Assembly: GCF_006345805.1 (NCBI RefSeq)
Contig: NC_042999.1
Coordinates: forward strand, 32,550,001 to 32,614,000
Length of the DNA stretch: 64,000 nt
Direction: 5' to 3'
Source: Octopus sinensis
Taxonomy: Eukaryota
Shown here: positions 37,661 to 49,448 of the stretch, in pieces
How the letters are laid out: every line of letters starts with the position of its first letter
How positions within the stretch are numbered: position 1 is the stretch's first letter
Notes under the pieces: model-generated
What the model saw: only the letters and a program-made list of their open reading frames with translations
Databases searched by the model: none
What the model was told of the DNA's origin: nothing
Program-made: the position numbers and the translations under genes

Positions 37661-39064
37661 TTTGATACTCCGTCATTCCCAGTCATAATTTTTACTAGCT
37701 CATATATTATTCTAAAAGGACAGCAAACTGAAAAAAAAATACTTATAGTCATTATCTGAGGTTTGTTCGTGGTAAATGGTATTACGTTCCTGGTAATACA
37801 TTTGTATTGTGGTGCACTGTAGTGAAATATGACTCCCGAGTTATTTTAAATTAGAGGTAAGTGCTAGTCGTATAATGAAGCCAGAAAAAAAAATCCCAAT
37901 TTTCGATGACTCTGGATCTTTCTAGCTGAAAAGCATAATTGATAACTGATTGCTTCACTCGGTAGCATTCTTATGTTTAGAGAACATATCAAATATTTTT
38001 GTGTTCAAAATATTTCATGAACCCCTCCCGAAAATCAGTCTCCCCTTACTGTAAAGCAGTGAGAAATTTTTATTTCCCACAGGTATACAAGCGTTTTATT
38101 TACTACAAATGAAAGTTTTGTAAAACACTTATAACCTGTATATAGACTGAGAATGTAAGCATTTCTCCGAATATTTGCTGCACGCACCTACATCGACGAA
38201 TTGTACATGGTATAGACTACACTTATTTTCATATTTGTTAATTAGTTGTAGGAAATCTCCTCTATAACTTCAAATAAATGCTGTAATATCACGGTCTAAA
38301 AGCATATTTTTAATATATTGTGTTGCCCATGAATGCAAGTCTTACCTCTTTCCGATGATGTCCAAAGCAATGACTGATGTGCATGCTTCAAGCATCATAT
38401 ATTATGATTTAGGGGAAAAACAAGGGTGAGATAATATTTGCCATCTCCTTTTACGAACTTTGTGTCTTGACTTCATTCTAAAAACTTTTCCGGCGTATTT
38501 TAGGGATGTTCATTTAAGAATCATCATCTTCAATGATTATATTGAAACGATCACATTTGAAGAAATTAAAGCTTTTGATGCTCTAATTATTTTCCGGCTT
38601 TATAGGGTAAAGACGTCTTCGGTCACGAGTGACGATGGGATTGCACGTAGGGACTCCCCCTCCAAGGCATAAGTCCATGCAAGGATGCTTATGGAAGACC
38701 AGCAGTCGTCCATACCAGTCTGCTCTCACAACGCCAGCGATGATATCCAAAGGAAATGCAAAGAACTATATAGCTTCAAACCACAGACGACTCATCTGAT
38801 TTTTACACTTAGGTGAAGTGGAGTAACCTGAAATTAAGTGTCTTGCTCAAGAACACAATACACATCGCGGTCCGGAAATCGCACTCACTACCTCATTATT
38901 GTGATTCCGACGCTCCAACCTCTGCACTATGTGCCATATTTAGGAATTTAGGAATGTCTGTATTATATAGCTTCCTAATTGTGTAGTAGCAAGCATTGTA
39001 GAAATGCCAAAGAGATAACACAGGGCGTCTTGTCTGATATTATACCAGTAATACTACCTTTAAT

Positions 39065-39452
39065 GTGGAGGCGCAATGGCCCAGTGGTTAGGGCAGCGGA
39101 CACGCGGTCATAGGATCGCGGTTTCGATTCCCAGACCGGGCGTTGTGAGTGTTTATTGAGCGAAAACACCTAAAGCTCCACGAGGCTCTGGCAGGGGATG
39201 GTGGTGATCCCTGCTGTACTCTTTCACCACGACTTTCTCTCACTCTTACTTCATGTTTCTGTTGTACCTGTATTTCAAAGGGCCGGCCTTGTCACTCTCT
39301 GTGTCACGCTGAATATCCCCGATAACTACGTTAAGAGTACACGTGTCTGTGGAGTGCTCAGCCACTTACACGTTAATTTCACGAGCAGGCTGTTCCGTTG
39401 ATTCGGATCAACCGGAACCCTCGTCGTCGTAACCGACGGAGTGCTTTCATCC
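39065..39452 (+). mobile_element. SINE family A (tail type 1), full length, 12-bp TSD
   Basis: TSD ACTACCTTTAAT at 39053-39064 and 39453-39464, with Pol III A/B boxes. Confidence 0.93.
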
Positions 39453-39749
39453 ACTACCTTTAATACTCACCGTGGAATGATATTTCTTATTCACTCAGAA
39501 AAGAAGGGAGGCAGCCGAGTAAGCATATGTATCGCAAGGTAGTGTAACGTTCTAACAGCTCTGCCAAATTCGTTCACCTTAGAAAGAAAAGAATAGCTAG
39601 CTGCACTATTAGAAAATAAAGAATAAATTCGATTTGCAAAGAAATTTCAATCACTCGTTGTTTGGTTGTTTGGTATGTAAACGTGAGATTAAAACCGAGG
39701 AAAGGCGATAACTGAAAATTAGATTATACGAATCTGTGTTTATTGTGAT

Positions 39750-40520
39750 AGAAAATGTAATAATATTGAAAAATGAAAATTTGAAAAGAGAAAAATGAGA
39801 AAAGAAGAAAGAAAGAAAGAAAGTATTTGTGGAAAGGGAAAATGAAAGCGATATTTTGCTGATCGTCTTATTAATCTATTGAGAGGTAGGAAGCGATTGA
39901 CTCCGGAAATGAAGTGCAGTTTTTTCCTCAAAAATTGTAAAACTAGCAAAATGCTGGAAATTTATTAAAATGTAAATTTATTTATTTATTTATTTTTCAC
40001 AATGATCTAAACACTCTGCAAATTCCAGAGTTACATGTTTATTAATTACAAAGCCGTACAGAAAGATTTGTATTCCTTTCTAATTTAGGTTAAATCTTTT
40101 GTTTTAGGATCATGGTACACTCGATTAATTCACTTATGTTTCTTTAAGATTTAAAATATACATATTAAGTGACTGAAAGGTAAATATACTATTTTGTTTT
40201 GAACTAATAAATAAAATGGTCCAAGAGAAAAGAAAAAAACAGCTTTTGTCTTATTTTGTGGTTATTTACGTAAAATTTAAACTGTCATCGAAATCATGGA
40301 AGCCTTGTCATCGCATGTTCTTTTCTATGTCTCAGACACCAAATCGAATGAGAAAATAGTAGAACTAGAGTAAGATTTCGTTGTTATTTTTAGCAATTCA
40401 TGATGGTCTTCTTTCTTGACATCTGCAGTTCTGGAAGTTGTAGTAGTAGTAGTAGTCGTTATAGTTGTTGGTGTTGTTTCTACTGTTGTCGACGTTCTTG
40501 TTGATTCTGGTGCTGCTGCT
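39750..40520. repeat. Duplicated block Y (paralog at 43990-44738)
   Basis: ~750 bp, visibly highly similar with long identical runs (e.g. aaatcgaatgagaaaatagtagaactagagtaagatttcgttgtt). Confidence 0.92.
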
Positions 40521-40790
40521 GTTGTTGTTTCTTTGGTGGTTGTGGTGGTGATGTTGATGGCAACAGCGGTAGCGGTGCCGACGTCCTCGACGTCTCCAGT
40601 TTCGGAAAAGTCGCCTGAAGAGGCGGCGGCGGCGGCAGTGTAAAAGAGGCAGCTGAAGCTGAAGTGGAAGCTGTGGCGGCTGAAGCGGAACCGGTACCGG
40701 TGACTGCTGTTGTCGTGATGGTGGTGGTGATGTTGGTGGTGGGTGCGGCGGCGGCGTAGGTCGTGGTGGTGTTGGTGGTGCTTTAACAAT
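40325..40790 (-). CDS. Candidate His/Ser/Thr-rich (mucin-like) ORF or terminal exon
   Basis: The open frame has a Thr-rich middle and a non-repetitive C-terminus (SRTADVKKEDHHELLKITTKSYSSSTIFSFDLVSET*), followed by ~570 bp conserved in the paralog. The paralog has a stop and frameshift. The listed ATG lies in a SINE. It may be just low-complexity DNA. Confidence 0.25.
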
Positions 40791-40834
40791 GAGCACTGCC
40801 ATTTCCCACGAGAACTATTATCAAACTTATACAT

Positions 40835-41250
40835 AGGCGCAGGAGTGGCTGTGTGGTAAGTAGCCTGTTTTCCAACCACATGGTTCCGGGTTCAGTCCCA
40901 CTGCGTGGCGCCTTGGGCAAGTGTCTTCTACTATAGCCTCGGGCCGACCAATGCCTTGTGAGTGGATTTGGTAGACGGAAACTGAAAGAAGCCCGTCGTA
41001 TATATGTACATATATATATGTAAGTGTGTGTTTGTGTGTCTGTGTTTGTCCCCCTAGCATTGCTTGACAACCGATGCTGGTGCGTTTATATCCCCGTTAC
41101 TTAGCGGTTCGGCAAAAGACACCGATAGAATAAGTACTGGGCTTAGACAAGAATAAGTCCCGGGGTCGATTTGCTCGATTAAAAGGCGGTGCTCCAGCAT
41201 GGCCGCAGTCAAATGACTGAAACAAGTAAAAGAGTAAAAGAGTAAGAGTA
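40835..41250 (+). mobile_element. SINE family B
   Basis: Full-length copy with (GAGTAAAA)n tail. Confidence 0.92.
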
Positions 41251-41411
41251 TTCAACATTAGCACGTCAATTTTCTCTCTATGACTTGGATTAGATTACGC
41301 ACTGTGCGATTCCTTTTCTAAGACGGTAGAATGAGATATAAAGGACATTTGGTCGCTATGTCCAGAAGGTCAAGCCACCAAGTACGTATTCTTCATCTTT
41401 GCTCCTCTCCC

Positions 41412-42060
41412 CGTAAGAAATAATGAAATATTTCTAGAAAATAGCGCTTATGAAATTTTGGACAAGGGTCGTAACTTTGTAAGAATATAATGGAGTTATG
41501 TCCCTTAGTTGAATAGAACTCAGTAAGATACAAGATTATGAACTGTCAGTGTTTCAACAACTGCTATTTCTCAGAACACTATGAGCGGAGAAGTAACAAC
41601 ATATCTACTTCCTCACCTTCCCCATCTGGAAAGCATGACCTGAACCATCATAATTATACACTTACAATGAGTTACGTTATTGGGTAACCACACACTGTTC
41701 TTTTCCCATCTACCTCATTTCGTATTTTGCAATTTTTGCAGCACTTGGTATATTATATGTAAATGTATGTGTTTACTTTTTGATATCGATTTCGACTGCG
41801 GTTACGTTCTGAGTTCAAATTTCACCGGGGTCGACTTTGCTTTTCATCCTTTCGGGGTCGATTAAATAAGTACCAGTCACACACTGGGGGTCAATGTAAT
41901 CGACTTAATCCGTGCGTCTGTCCTTGTTTGTCCCCCTCTGTGTTTAGCCCCTTGTGGGTAGTAAAGATATAGGTATTTGATTATATATTAATCGAATACA
42001 TGCCATTTGCAGATTGATGGATGGGTTCGTGTTAGTGTATCTGCATACGCGCGCGCGCGT
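41412..42060 (+). repeat. Duplicate block X' (paralog of 34767-35300), interrupted by a SINE
   Basis: See block X. The SINE at 41799-41975 is absent from X. Confidence 0.8.
41799..41975 (+). mobile_element. SINE family C, 5'-truncated
   Basis: Matches 53300-53482 (gtcgactttgc(c/t)tttcatccttt..ggtcga..aataagtaccag). Confidence 0.85.
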
Positions 42061-42228
42061 GAGTGTGTGTGTGTGTGTTTGTATAGATAGCGAAATAAAT
42101 ATAGATATAAATGTGTACTTATATACATACATATTAATGAGGATAATGACGACGACGACAATGATGATGATAATGATGATGATGATGATGAGGTTGATGA
42201 TGATGACGACGACGACGACGACGACGAC

Positions 42229-42272
<44 letters not shown>

Positions 42273-42999
42273 CGACGACGACGACGACGATGATGATGAT
42301 GATGGCTTCCATCACTGACCATTGTCAATACAAAACGCCAAAAATATCTGTGCATGATTAAGTCCTAAAAAATGTTTACAGTCACCTGCCACCCAACACC
42401 ATTTAAAGTAAAGCCAGGATAAAATTATGAGTGTCATTGCATTATGCAAGCTAAGCAATGCGGGGGTCCCACGATTTCACCCGCAGGAAAAATATCCCCA
42501 AAATATCTTAAGCTACCCCCAATCCCCAATATCTGGGATTTGTATAAGAGATGCAGCACGGAATTTTGTCAGTAAACAGGTCGCGCTCTCAAAGCTACGA
42601 AAATATTTTGACAAATTAAATTTAAATGTTAAAGTGAATCTAACGGTTTTTGTGTTTTTTAAAAATGGCTTATAAAAAACTTCCCACGCTGCATTTGTGT
42701 AAGAGTGTCCTTATCCAAGAAGCTTTGAAATTTTAAATGTGAATTCGCAAATGAATAGACAAATGCTGAAAACAAAACCCACAGAATTCAATTATTAAAA
42801 AATCATACATGAAATGAATAAATAAAAGAAAGTATTAAGTATTTATGGAAATTCGGTTAACTGTCAGGATATCTTTCGCCAAGCCTGTACATGTGTGTAC
42901 CTGGGTGCACGCGTATATATGCGTGTATATATATATATATACACATTATTTACATTATTTATTTTCTTACGTTTGACGGATATATGTCCTCATGCTGTA

Positions 43000-43045
43000 A
43001 ACACAACGTTTCGGCTGATATACCCTCCAGCCTTCATCAGGTGTC
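43000..43045 (-). ncRNA. Minimal type I hammerhead motif in SINE tail
   Basis: GACAC-CTGATGA-A-GGCTG gagggtatat CAGCC-GAAA-C-GTT/GTGTT. Stems I and II are 5 bp each and stem III is only the palindromic AACGTT, the dimer-dependent type known from PLEs. Confidence 0.7.
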
Positions 43046-43120
43046 TTGAAGAAATTTCGAACCTGGGTTCTCATACCTAAAGTATTTTTCGTTGATGATG
43101 TTATTATTATTATTATTATT

Positions 43121-43515
43121 CAGTAGTTTTATTTTTATAGCGTGCTTTCACTTCACTACCGAGCGCAGCTCTGTGTGCCTTGGGTATGTGCTGTGATTTG
43201 TTGTGATGCTCTGATGGTTATTGTATGGAAAGTGTTCTGCGTAGGATGTGTGCAAAATGCCTAGTAGTGCAATTTTCTGTATGTTATATGTGTTTGTAAG
43301 TCCTGGTGTTTTTGTTATGTATTTGTCTGAATATTTTTTTATCATGACTAATGCACCTACTATGATAGGAATTGTTTCTGTTTTCAGATTCCACATTCTA
43401 GTTACCTCTATTTCCAGGTCTTTGTATTTTGAGAGTTTCTCCATTTCTTTTTGAGACACGTTGTCATCAGCCGGTATTGATACATCAATTAGAAAGCATT
43501 TTTTTTCTTCATGGT
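43121..43515 (-). mobile_element. Dong/R4-clade LINE 3' fragment inserted in (TAA)n
   Basis: KKCFLIDVSIPADDNVSQKEMEKLSKYKDLEIEVTRMWNLKTETIPIIVGAL...KIALLG..AHILRRTLSIQ* is the restriction-like endonuclease C-terminus. (TAA)n lies on both sides. Confidence 0.8.
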
Positions 43516-43558
43516 TATTATTATTATTATTATTATCATCACTACTATTATATTATTA

Positions 43559-43644
<86 letters not shown>

Positions 43645-43651
43645 CATCACA

Positions 43652-43715
<64 letters not shown>

Positions 43716-43753
43716 TTATTATTATTATCATCACAATTATTATTATTATTATA

Positions 43754-43791
<38 letters not shown>

Positions 43792-43989
43792 TATTATTAT
43801 TATTATTATTATTCAGGTCACCACTGCCTGGAATCGAACTCGGAATGTTGGAGTTAGTAGACCGCGCTCTTAACCACTGCACCATAGGGTGAAATTTCCC
43901 CAAGACACCTAATGAAAGCGGGAGGGTATATCAGTAGAAACGTTGTGTTTACAACAAACAAGATGAGGACAAATATTCGTCAAATGTAA

Positions 43990-44738
43990 ATAATGTAATA
44001 AATTTGAAAAATGAGAATTTGAAAAGAGAAAAATGAGAAAAAAAAAAGAAAGAAACTATTTGTGGAAAAGAAAAATTTAAGCGATCTTTTGCAGATCGTC
44101 TTATTGAAAGGTAGGAAGCGATTTACTCCGAAAATGAGGTGCAATTTTTTCCTCAAAAATTGTACAATTAGCAAAATGCTGGAAATTTATTAAAATGAAA
44201 ATTTATTTATTCATTTTTTATTTTTCACAATGCTCTAAACATCCTGCAAATTCCAGAGTTACATGTTTATTAATTACAAAGCCGTACAGAAAGATTTGTA
44301 TTCCTTTCTAAATTGTGGTAAATCTTTTGTTTTAGGATCAAGGTAAACTCGATAAATTCACTTATGTTTCCTTAACATTTAAATGATACTTATTAAATGA
44401 CTGAAAGATAAAAATACTATTGTGATTTGAACTAATAAATAAAATGGTCCAACAGAAAAAATAAGCAGATTTTGTCTCACGATGTTATTATTTACACGAA
44501 ATTAAACTATTGTCGACAGCATCGAAACCTCTTCATCGCAGGTTCTTTTCTACGTCTCAGACTCCAAATCGAATGAGAAAATAGTAGAACTAGAGTAAGA
44601 TTTCGTTGTTCATTGTAACAATCCATGACTAGTATTCTTTCTCAACGGCTAGAGTTCTGGAAGTTCTTGTAGTACTTGTTATTGCTGCTAGTTCTGTTGC
44701 AACAATAACTGTTGTCGACGTTCTTGGTGATGCTGGTG
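43990..44738. repeat. Duplicated block Y'
   Basis: Paralog of 39750-40520. Confidence 0.92.
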
Positions 44739-44886
44739 TGTGTGTATGTGGGTCTATGTACATATATATATTTATATATATATATATATAATTTTAATCC
44801 AAACGGGAAACAAAAAAAACAACAACAATGGAACAATTACAGTATTATTATTAATAGGCGCTCAGGAAATGGAAGCAGGGAGGTAT

Positions 44887-44913
44887 GACGTTTCGAGCGG
44901 AGCTCTTCGTCGG
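44887..44913 (-). ncRNA. Hammerhead-like variant motif (CCGACGA core)
   Basis: CCGACGA-A-GAGC tcc GCTC-GAAA-C-GTC. Stem I is poor. Confidence 0.35.
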
Positions 44914-45084
44914 AAACATAAAGAAGGAAGAGAGAGGAAAGAAAGATCCCAGAGCGGGCAACAGGGAAAGAGAAAAAAGACGACTGGTGTTTACGAGTTG
45001 CACATGGTGAAAGGCGGATGTTTACGAAAACAGAGCAAAGTGGGTTTTTAAAGGCAAAAGAGTGGAGACAAGGTTGGTAACGCA

Positions 45085-47110
45085 ACAGATGTGTGTGTAT
45101 GTGTGAGTGTGTGCGTGTGCGTGTGTGTATGTGTGTGTGTGAGGCGAGATGAAAAAACAAAAAAATATATATGTGTGTGTTAGTGTGTGCGTCTGTGTGT
45201 AGGCGTGTGAGGTAGGGCGGGACAGTGGTCAGCTTAGCAGACAAAGGTCAGTAGTAAGAAAAAGAAGGAAGGAGGAAGGGAGGGAGGGAAGGGGTGGGGG
45301 CGTATGTAGCGTGCCAGCGTGTGGTGAGTAGTAGTGTGTGTGTGTGTCCAGTGTCGTGGTGGTATAAATGGCGAGTAGATTGAATGTGTGTAAGAGTAAT
45401 GTATATATTTAAGCAATGTGTGTATATGTGTGCGCGTGTGTGTAACGAAAAAGGGGGGGGTTAAGGAAAAAGGACTCCAGCTGAGGGGAAGATGGAAGAG
45501 TGGTCCCGCGGAGGCGGGCGTGGGAAAACCCAACGACACGCGACGGTCCCAGGAACGGGCGGGAGGTCTTGTCGGTTCCAAGAGCGAGGTGCCTGCGGAG
45601 CGTATGCATGCGCAAACCGGCGCAAGCGCGTGCGTGCGCGCGCCTGCGAGTATGCGCGTAAGTATGTATGTGTGTGGATGTGTGAGTGTGTCTGTGTGTA
45701 TGTCCGGGTGGCAGTGTGTCCGATGAATGTATGTGAGTATGTGTGTATGTATGTGTGTGCATAGATGTATGTCCGTGTGTGTGTGTGTGTGTGTATGTGT
45801 GTGAGTGTGTATGTATGTACGTGTGGGTGTGGGGAAGTGTGTGTATGTGCATGTGTGTGCGCGTACATACAGGTGTGTGAGTGAGTGTGTGTGTGTGTAT
45901 GTATGTGTGAGTGTGTATGTATGTGTGTGTAGGATACATGTATGTGTATGGGTGTATGTATGCGTGTGTGTATGTATGTATGTGTACGTGCGTGTGTGTG
46001 TGTGTATGCGTGTAGGTGTGCGCGTGTGCATGCATGCATGCATGCATGTGCGTATGTGTGTGTGTGTGTGCATGTGTGTGGGTATATATGTATGTGCGTA
46101 TATGTGTGTGTATGTGCGTACATGTGTGTGTGTGTATGCATGTGTGTGTATGTAGGTGTGTAGGCGTGTGTGTATAGGTGTATGTATGTAAGTATGTATG
46201 GGTGTGTCCGTGTATGTGTGTGTATGTATGTGTGTGTATGTAGGTGTGTGGCGTGTGTATATGTGTGTGTATGTAGGTGTGTGGGCGTGTGTATATAGGT
46301 GTATGTGTGTATGTCTGGGTGTGTCCGTGCATGTTTGTGTGTGTGTGTATGCATGTGTATGTAGGTGTGTGTGTACGTGTGTAATGTATGTGTGTATGCG
46401 TGTGTATGCGTGCGTGTGTGTATGTAGGTGCATGTGTATGTGTGTGGGAGTGTAGGTGTGTGTGTGCGTGTGCGTGTGCGTGTTTATGTTGGTGTGTGCG
46501 TATGTGAGTGTGAGTGTATGGGTGTTTGTCATGCATGTGTGTGCGCGTGCAGGTGAGTGTGTGTGTAAGTATGTGTGTGTGTATGTTTGTGTGAGTGTGT
46601 ATGTGTGTATGTCTGTGTGTATGTATGTGCGTATAGGAGTATGTGGGTATGTGTGTGTGTATGTATATGGGTGTATGTATGTATGTGTGTGTGTGCATGT
46701 GTATAAGTATATGTGTGTGTGCGTATGTGTGCATATGTGTATGTGTGTGTGTTTATGTATGTGTGTATGTATGTGTGTAGGCGTGTGTGTGTAGATGTAT
46801 GTATGTATGGGTGTGTGTCCGTGTGTGTTTGTGTGTGTGTAGGTAGATGTGTGTGTCTGAGTGAGGGTATGGCTGTGTAGGTGTGTGTGTGTATGAATGT
46901 AAGTGTGTGTGTATACAAGTGTAATGTATGTATGTAGGTGTGTGTGTGTGTGTGTATGTGTACGTGTGCGTGTGTATGTGTGTGTGTGTATGCGTGTGAG
47001 TGTGAGTGTATGGGTGTATGTTTGTGTGTGTGTATGTCTGAAGTAGGTATGTATGTGTATGTATGTATGTGTGTGTGTGTGCAGGTATGTGTGTGTATAT
47101 ATATACATAT
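45085..47110. repeat. ~2-kb cryptic (TG/CG/TA) alternating purine-pyrimidine tract with an embedded GC-rich island (~45470-45660)
   Basis: Read directly from sequence. Confidence 0.9.
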
Positions 47111-47159
47111 ATATATATATATAGTGTTGTATTTCGGGAGATTCATATATGCACTATAT

Positions 47160-47725
47160 TTAATTCAATTCAATTCAATTCAATTTTTATTGGCTCAAAA
47201 AGCAAAGGCAAGGCCATTTTGGGGGACAGGGAGTTATGTACAGGGAGGATGGTCATACGAAGAGTTCAGGCCATTTCTGGTCAAGAGAGACTTTGAACCG
47301 AGCGGTCGTCGGCATCTTCACTATCTCGTCCGGCAGCTTATTCCATGGATCCGCAACCCGGACGGAGAAAGCCCCTCTCATTCGATTGAGATGAAATCGT
47401 CGTTGATAGAGCTTTTCGGAGTGACCCCGCAGCCCACGCTCTGGAGCAGGAGTGAAGAACAGCTCTTTCGAGAGGTTACACTTTCCGCTTATGATGTTGT
47501 GAGCGAGAATGAGATCACCACGGCGTCGTCGTTTTTCGAGAGGATAAAAGTCGAGCGTCTTCAGCCTTTCTTCATAAGACAAATGCTTGAGAGCAAGAAC
47601 CATGCGGGTAGCCAGCTTCTGGACTCTTTCGTGATGACGTATGTCTTTGAGGGGATACACCCAATTCGGTCAGGTATGCTCTTTTGTAAATTTTCCACCC
47701 AGAATTGTATAGCTTCTGCTCTGTA
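47160..47725 (-). mobile_element. CR1-group LINE 3' fragment with (TTGAA)n tail
   Basis: ERVQKLATRMV...LSYEERLKTL...LEKRRRRGDLI...RGHSEKL...FSVRVADPWNKLP. Confidence 0.88.
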
Positions 47726-47769
47726 TTCGTATTGAAGTTGAATTGAGGCGTATGAAACAAATCGAATGA

Positions 47770-48700
47770 AACAAAAAGACAGTCTTTGCTGGTTTTATTC
47801 TAGAGAGTCAACTCTTATGAATCTTACTATATGTTTAATAATGTGTTTTAGAAGTACGTCAATGAAACTACTAATTCCATGTACCTCACAATTGCTGTGA
47901 TATTGGGATCTCTGGCATGTGGCATACTAATAGCTAATGAGGATGATCTGCTATAGGCCTGATTTATGACTTAACTCGTATGAATTTTTGAAGTCCGTGC
48001 ATGTTATTGGCTTTACAGTCAAATTATGTCAAGTATTTATTTCCCTTTTCGTTAAAACCTCTGATATTTATCATTATTGTAAATTGTTGCTAATTTTTAA
48101 TTTCTTTTATACAAAGTCATGAAGAAGAATGTTGAGGCACATGGCCTAGTGGTTAGAGCAGCGGACTCGCGGTCGAGGGATCGCGGGTTCGAATCTCAGA
48201 CCGGATGATGTGTGTGTTTATGAGTGAAAACACCTAAGCTCCACGCGGCTCCGGTAGAAGGTAAAGGCGAACTTCTGTTGACTCTTTCACCACAACTTTT
48301 TCTCACTCTTTCCTCCTGCATCTTGCAGCTCACCTGCGACGGACCGGCGTCCCGTCCAGGTGGAGAACCTATGCGCCAAGAAACCGGGAAACCGGCACTT
48401 GTGAGCCAGGCATGGGTCGAGAAGGAACATACAAAAACGTAGATGAATTACTGCGGAGTTTATGTATAATTTAGAGTTCATAATGACTAAAGCATAACTT
48501 CTATCAGCTTCTTTAATAACTATATCGTAATCGTCTTCGAGATCTTTGATGATTTCCCTTTCTTTTCGGTTTCCTGTTCGTTTAAATTTCAGATATGTTA
48601 GTAAATTATAGGAGAAATTGCTTACAAAGAAACTAAACTCTCCAGAGTTTAGTTCCTGCCTTTTTTCCAGACTAGTTACCACTCGTTTCATGCGTTCTCT
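47770..48700 (-). pseudogene. Decayed Penelope-like RT region, split by a SINE
   Basis: EREIIKDLEDDYDIVIKEADRSYALVIMN (cf. IVIKPADKGGAVVVM), FDCKANNMHGLQK (cf. FYGLPKIH) and ISSFIDVLLKH (cf. LSNFIDILLKP). Confidence 0.7.
48131..48435 (+). mobile_element. SINE family A head with tail type 3
   Basis: tRNA-like head with tail gacggaccggcgtcccgtccagg...gaaaccgggaaaccggc. Confidence 0.85.
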
Positions 48701-49448
48701 GTAATTTTCACTTTTATAAGTCCAAATCTACTCAGTCATGGTTTCTAAGGAAATATGTTTTGTGTATTATAAATGTTAAACGGAATAGGCAAAAGGTTAA
48801 TGGCATTTTGTCCGACGAAATTACTTCTGTCATAAAAGATATTTCTCCTCATTTTATATCAGTTAATTCAGGCAGAGCTTTTTCAAATCGATAAAATAAG
48901 GTACCATTCGCGTAGTTGAGTCAATTTAACAGAGCAACCCTTTCCACAAATGCTCAGTGTGTATGCCTATGTTAAAAGAGAATTGTAATTTGTTTGTCAA
49001 TGTAGTACGATGTTTAAGGCAGATTTCTTTCATATATTAATCAGGCAGAGCCACCGCTTGGAGGTGTCTTTGCTAGTTACAGGAAAAATGTATTTTATTT
49101 CTGTTTAGCATTGAAGTATTAAGCTCAGGCAATAATATAAACCTTGCGAAAAGTTTTTAACAAACTGTAGTAAGGCAATTGTCAAAGAGTGCGCATAATG
49201 GAAGTCAGGACACTTGCCGAAGGAGCCATGTCGTGGGATGGGCTTCGGAATGAGGAGTTGCCAAGCTAACATCCACCGCACTGTTTTGTTCACGTTTGTG
49301 ATACTGCTGTAGAAATAATTTTTCAAAAGTATAATCTACTATGCAATATGGGAGATAACTCTTGACGGAGTTCTCTCCCACATGCAAATATATTTCCAGA
49401 GTAGAGAAGATAGGTTATTGGACTTAGGTGTGAGTATAATAGACAAGC

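Larger units (their letters stand above)
42941..43997 (-). mobile_element. Composite SINE: inverted arm + tRNA-like head (43813-43886) + (TAA)n + hammerhead-bearing tail, with nested Dong fragment
   Basis: Arms ~42941-43058 and ~43890-43997 are inverted repeats. Same architecture at 52525-52993. Confidence 0.85.

Noticed and set aside
39065-39140. tRNA-like sequences as genuine tRNA genes (also 13560-13636, 43813-43886, 52777-52846)
   Set aside because: There is no complete acceptor stem. They continue into SINE bodies, occur in multiple diverged copies and some have TSDs.
44642-44836. ORF in block Y' as an intact paralog of the Thr-rich ORF
   Set aside because: The listed ORF is in a different frame. 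The homologous frame has an early TAG and a +1 shift.
45234-47108. 624-aa His/Thr/Tyr-rich ORF and overlapping 441/297/265-aa ORFs
   Set aside because: Same stop-free artefact. It is open in several frames and on both strands, with no domain content.
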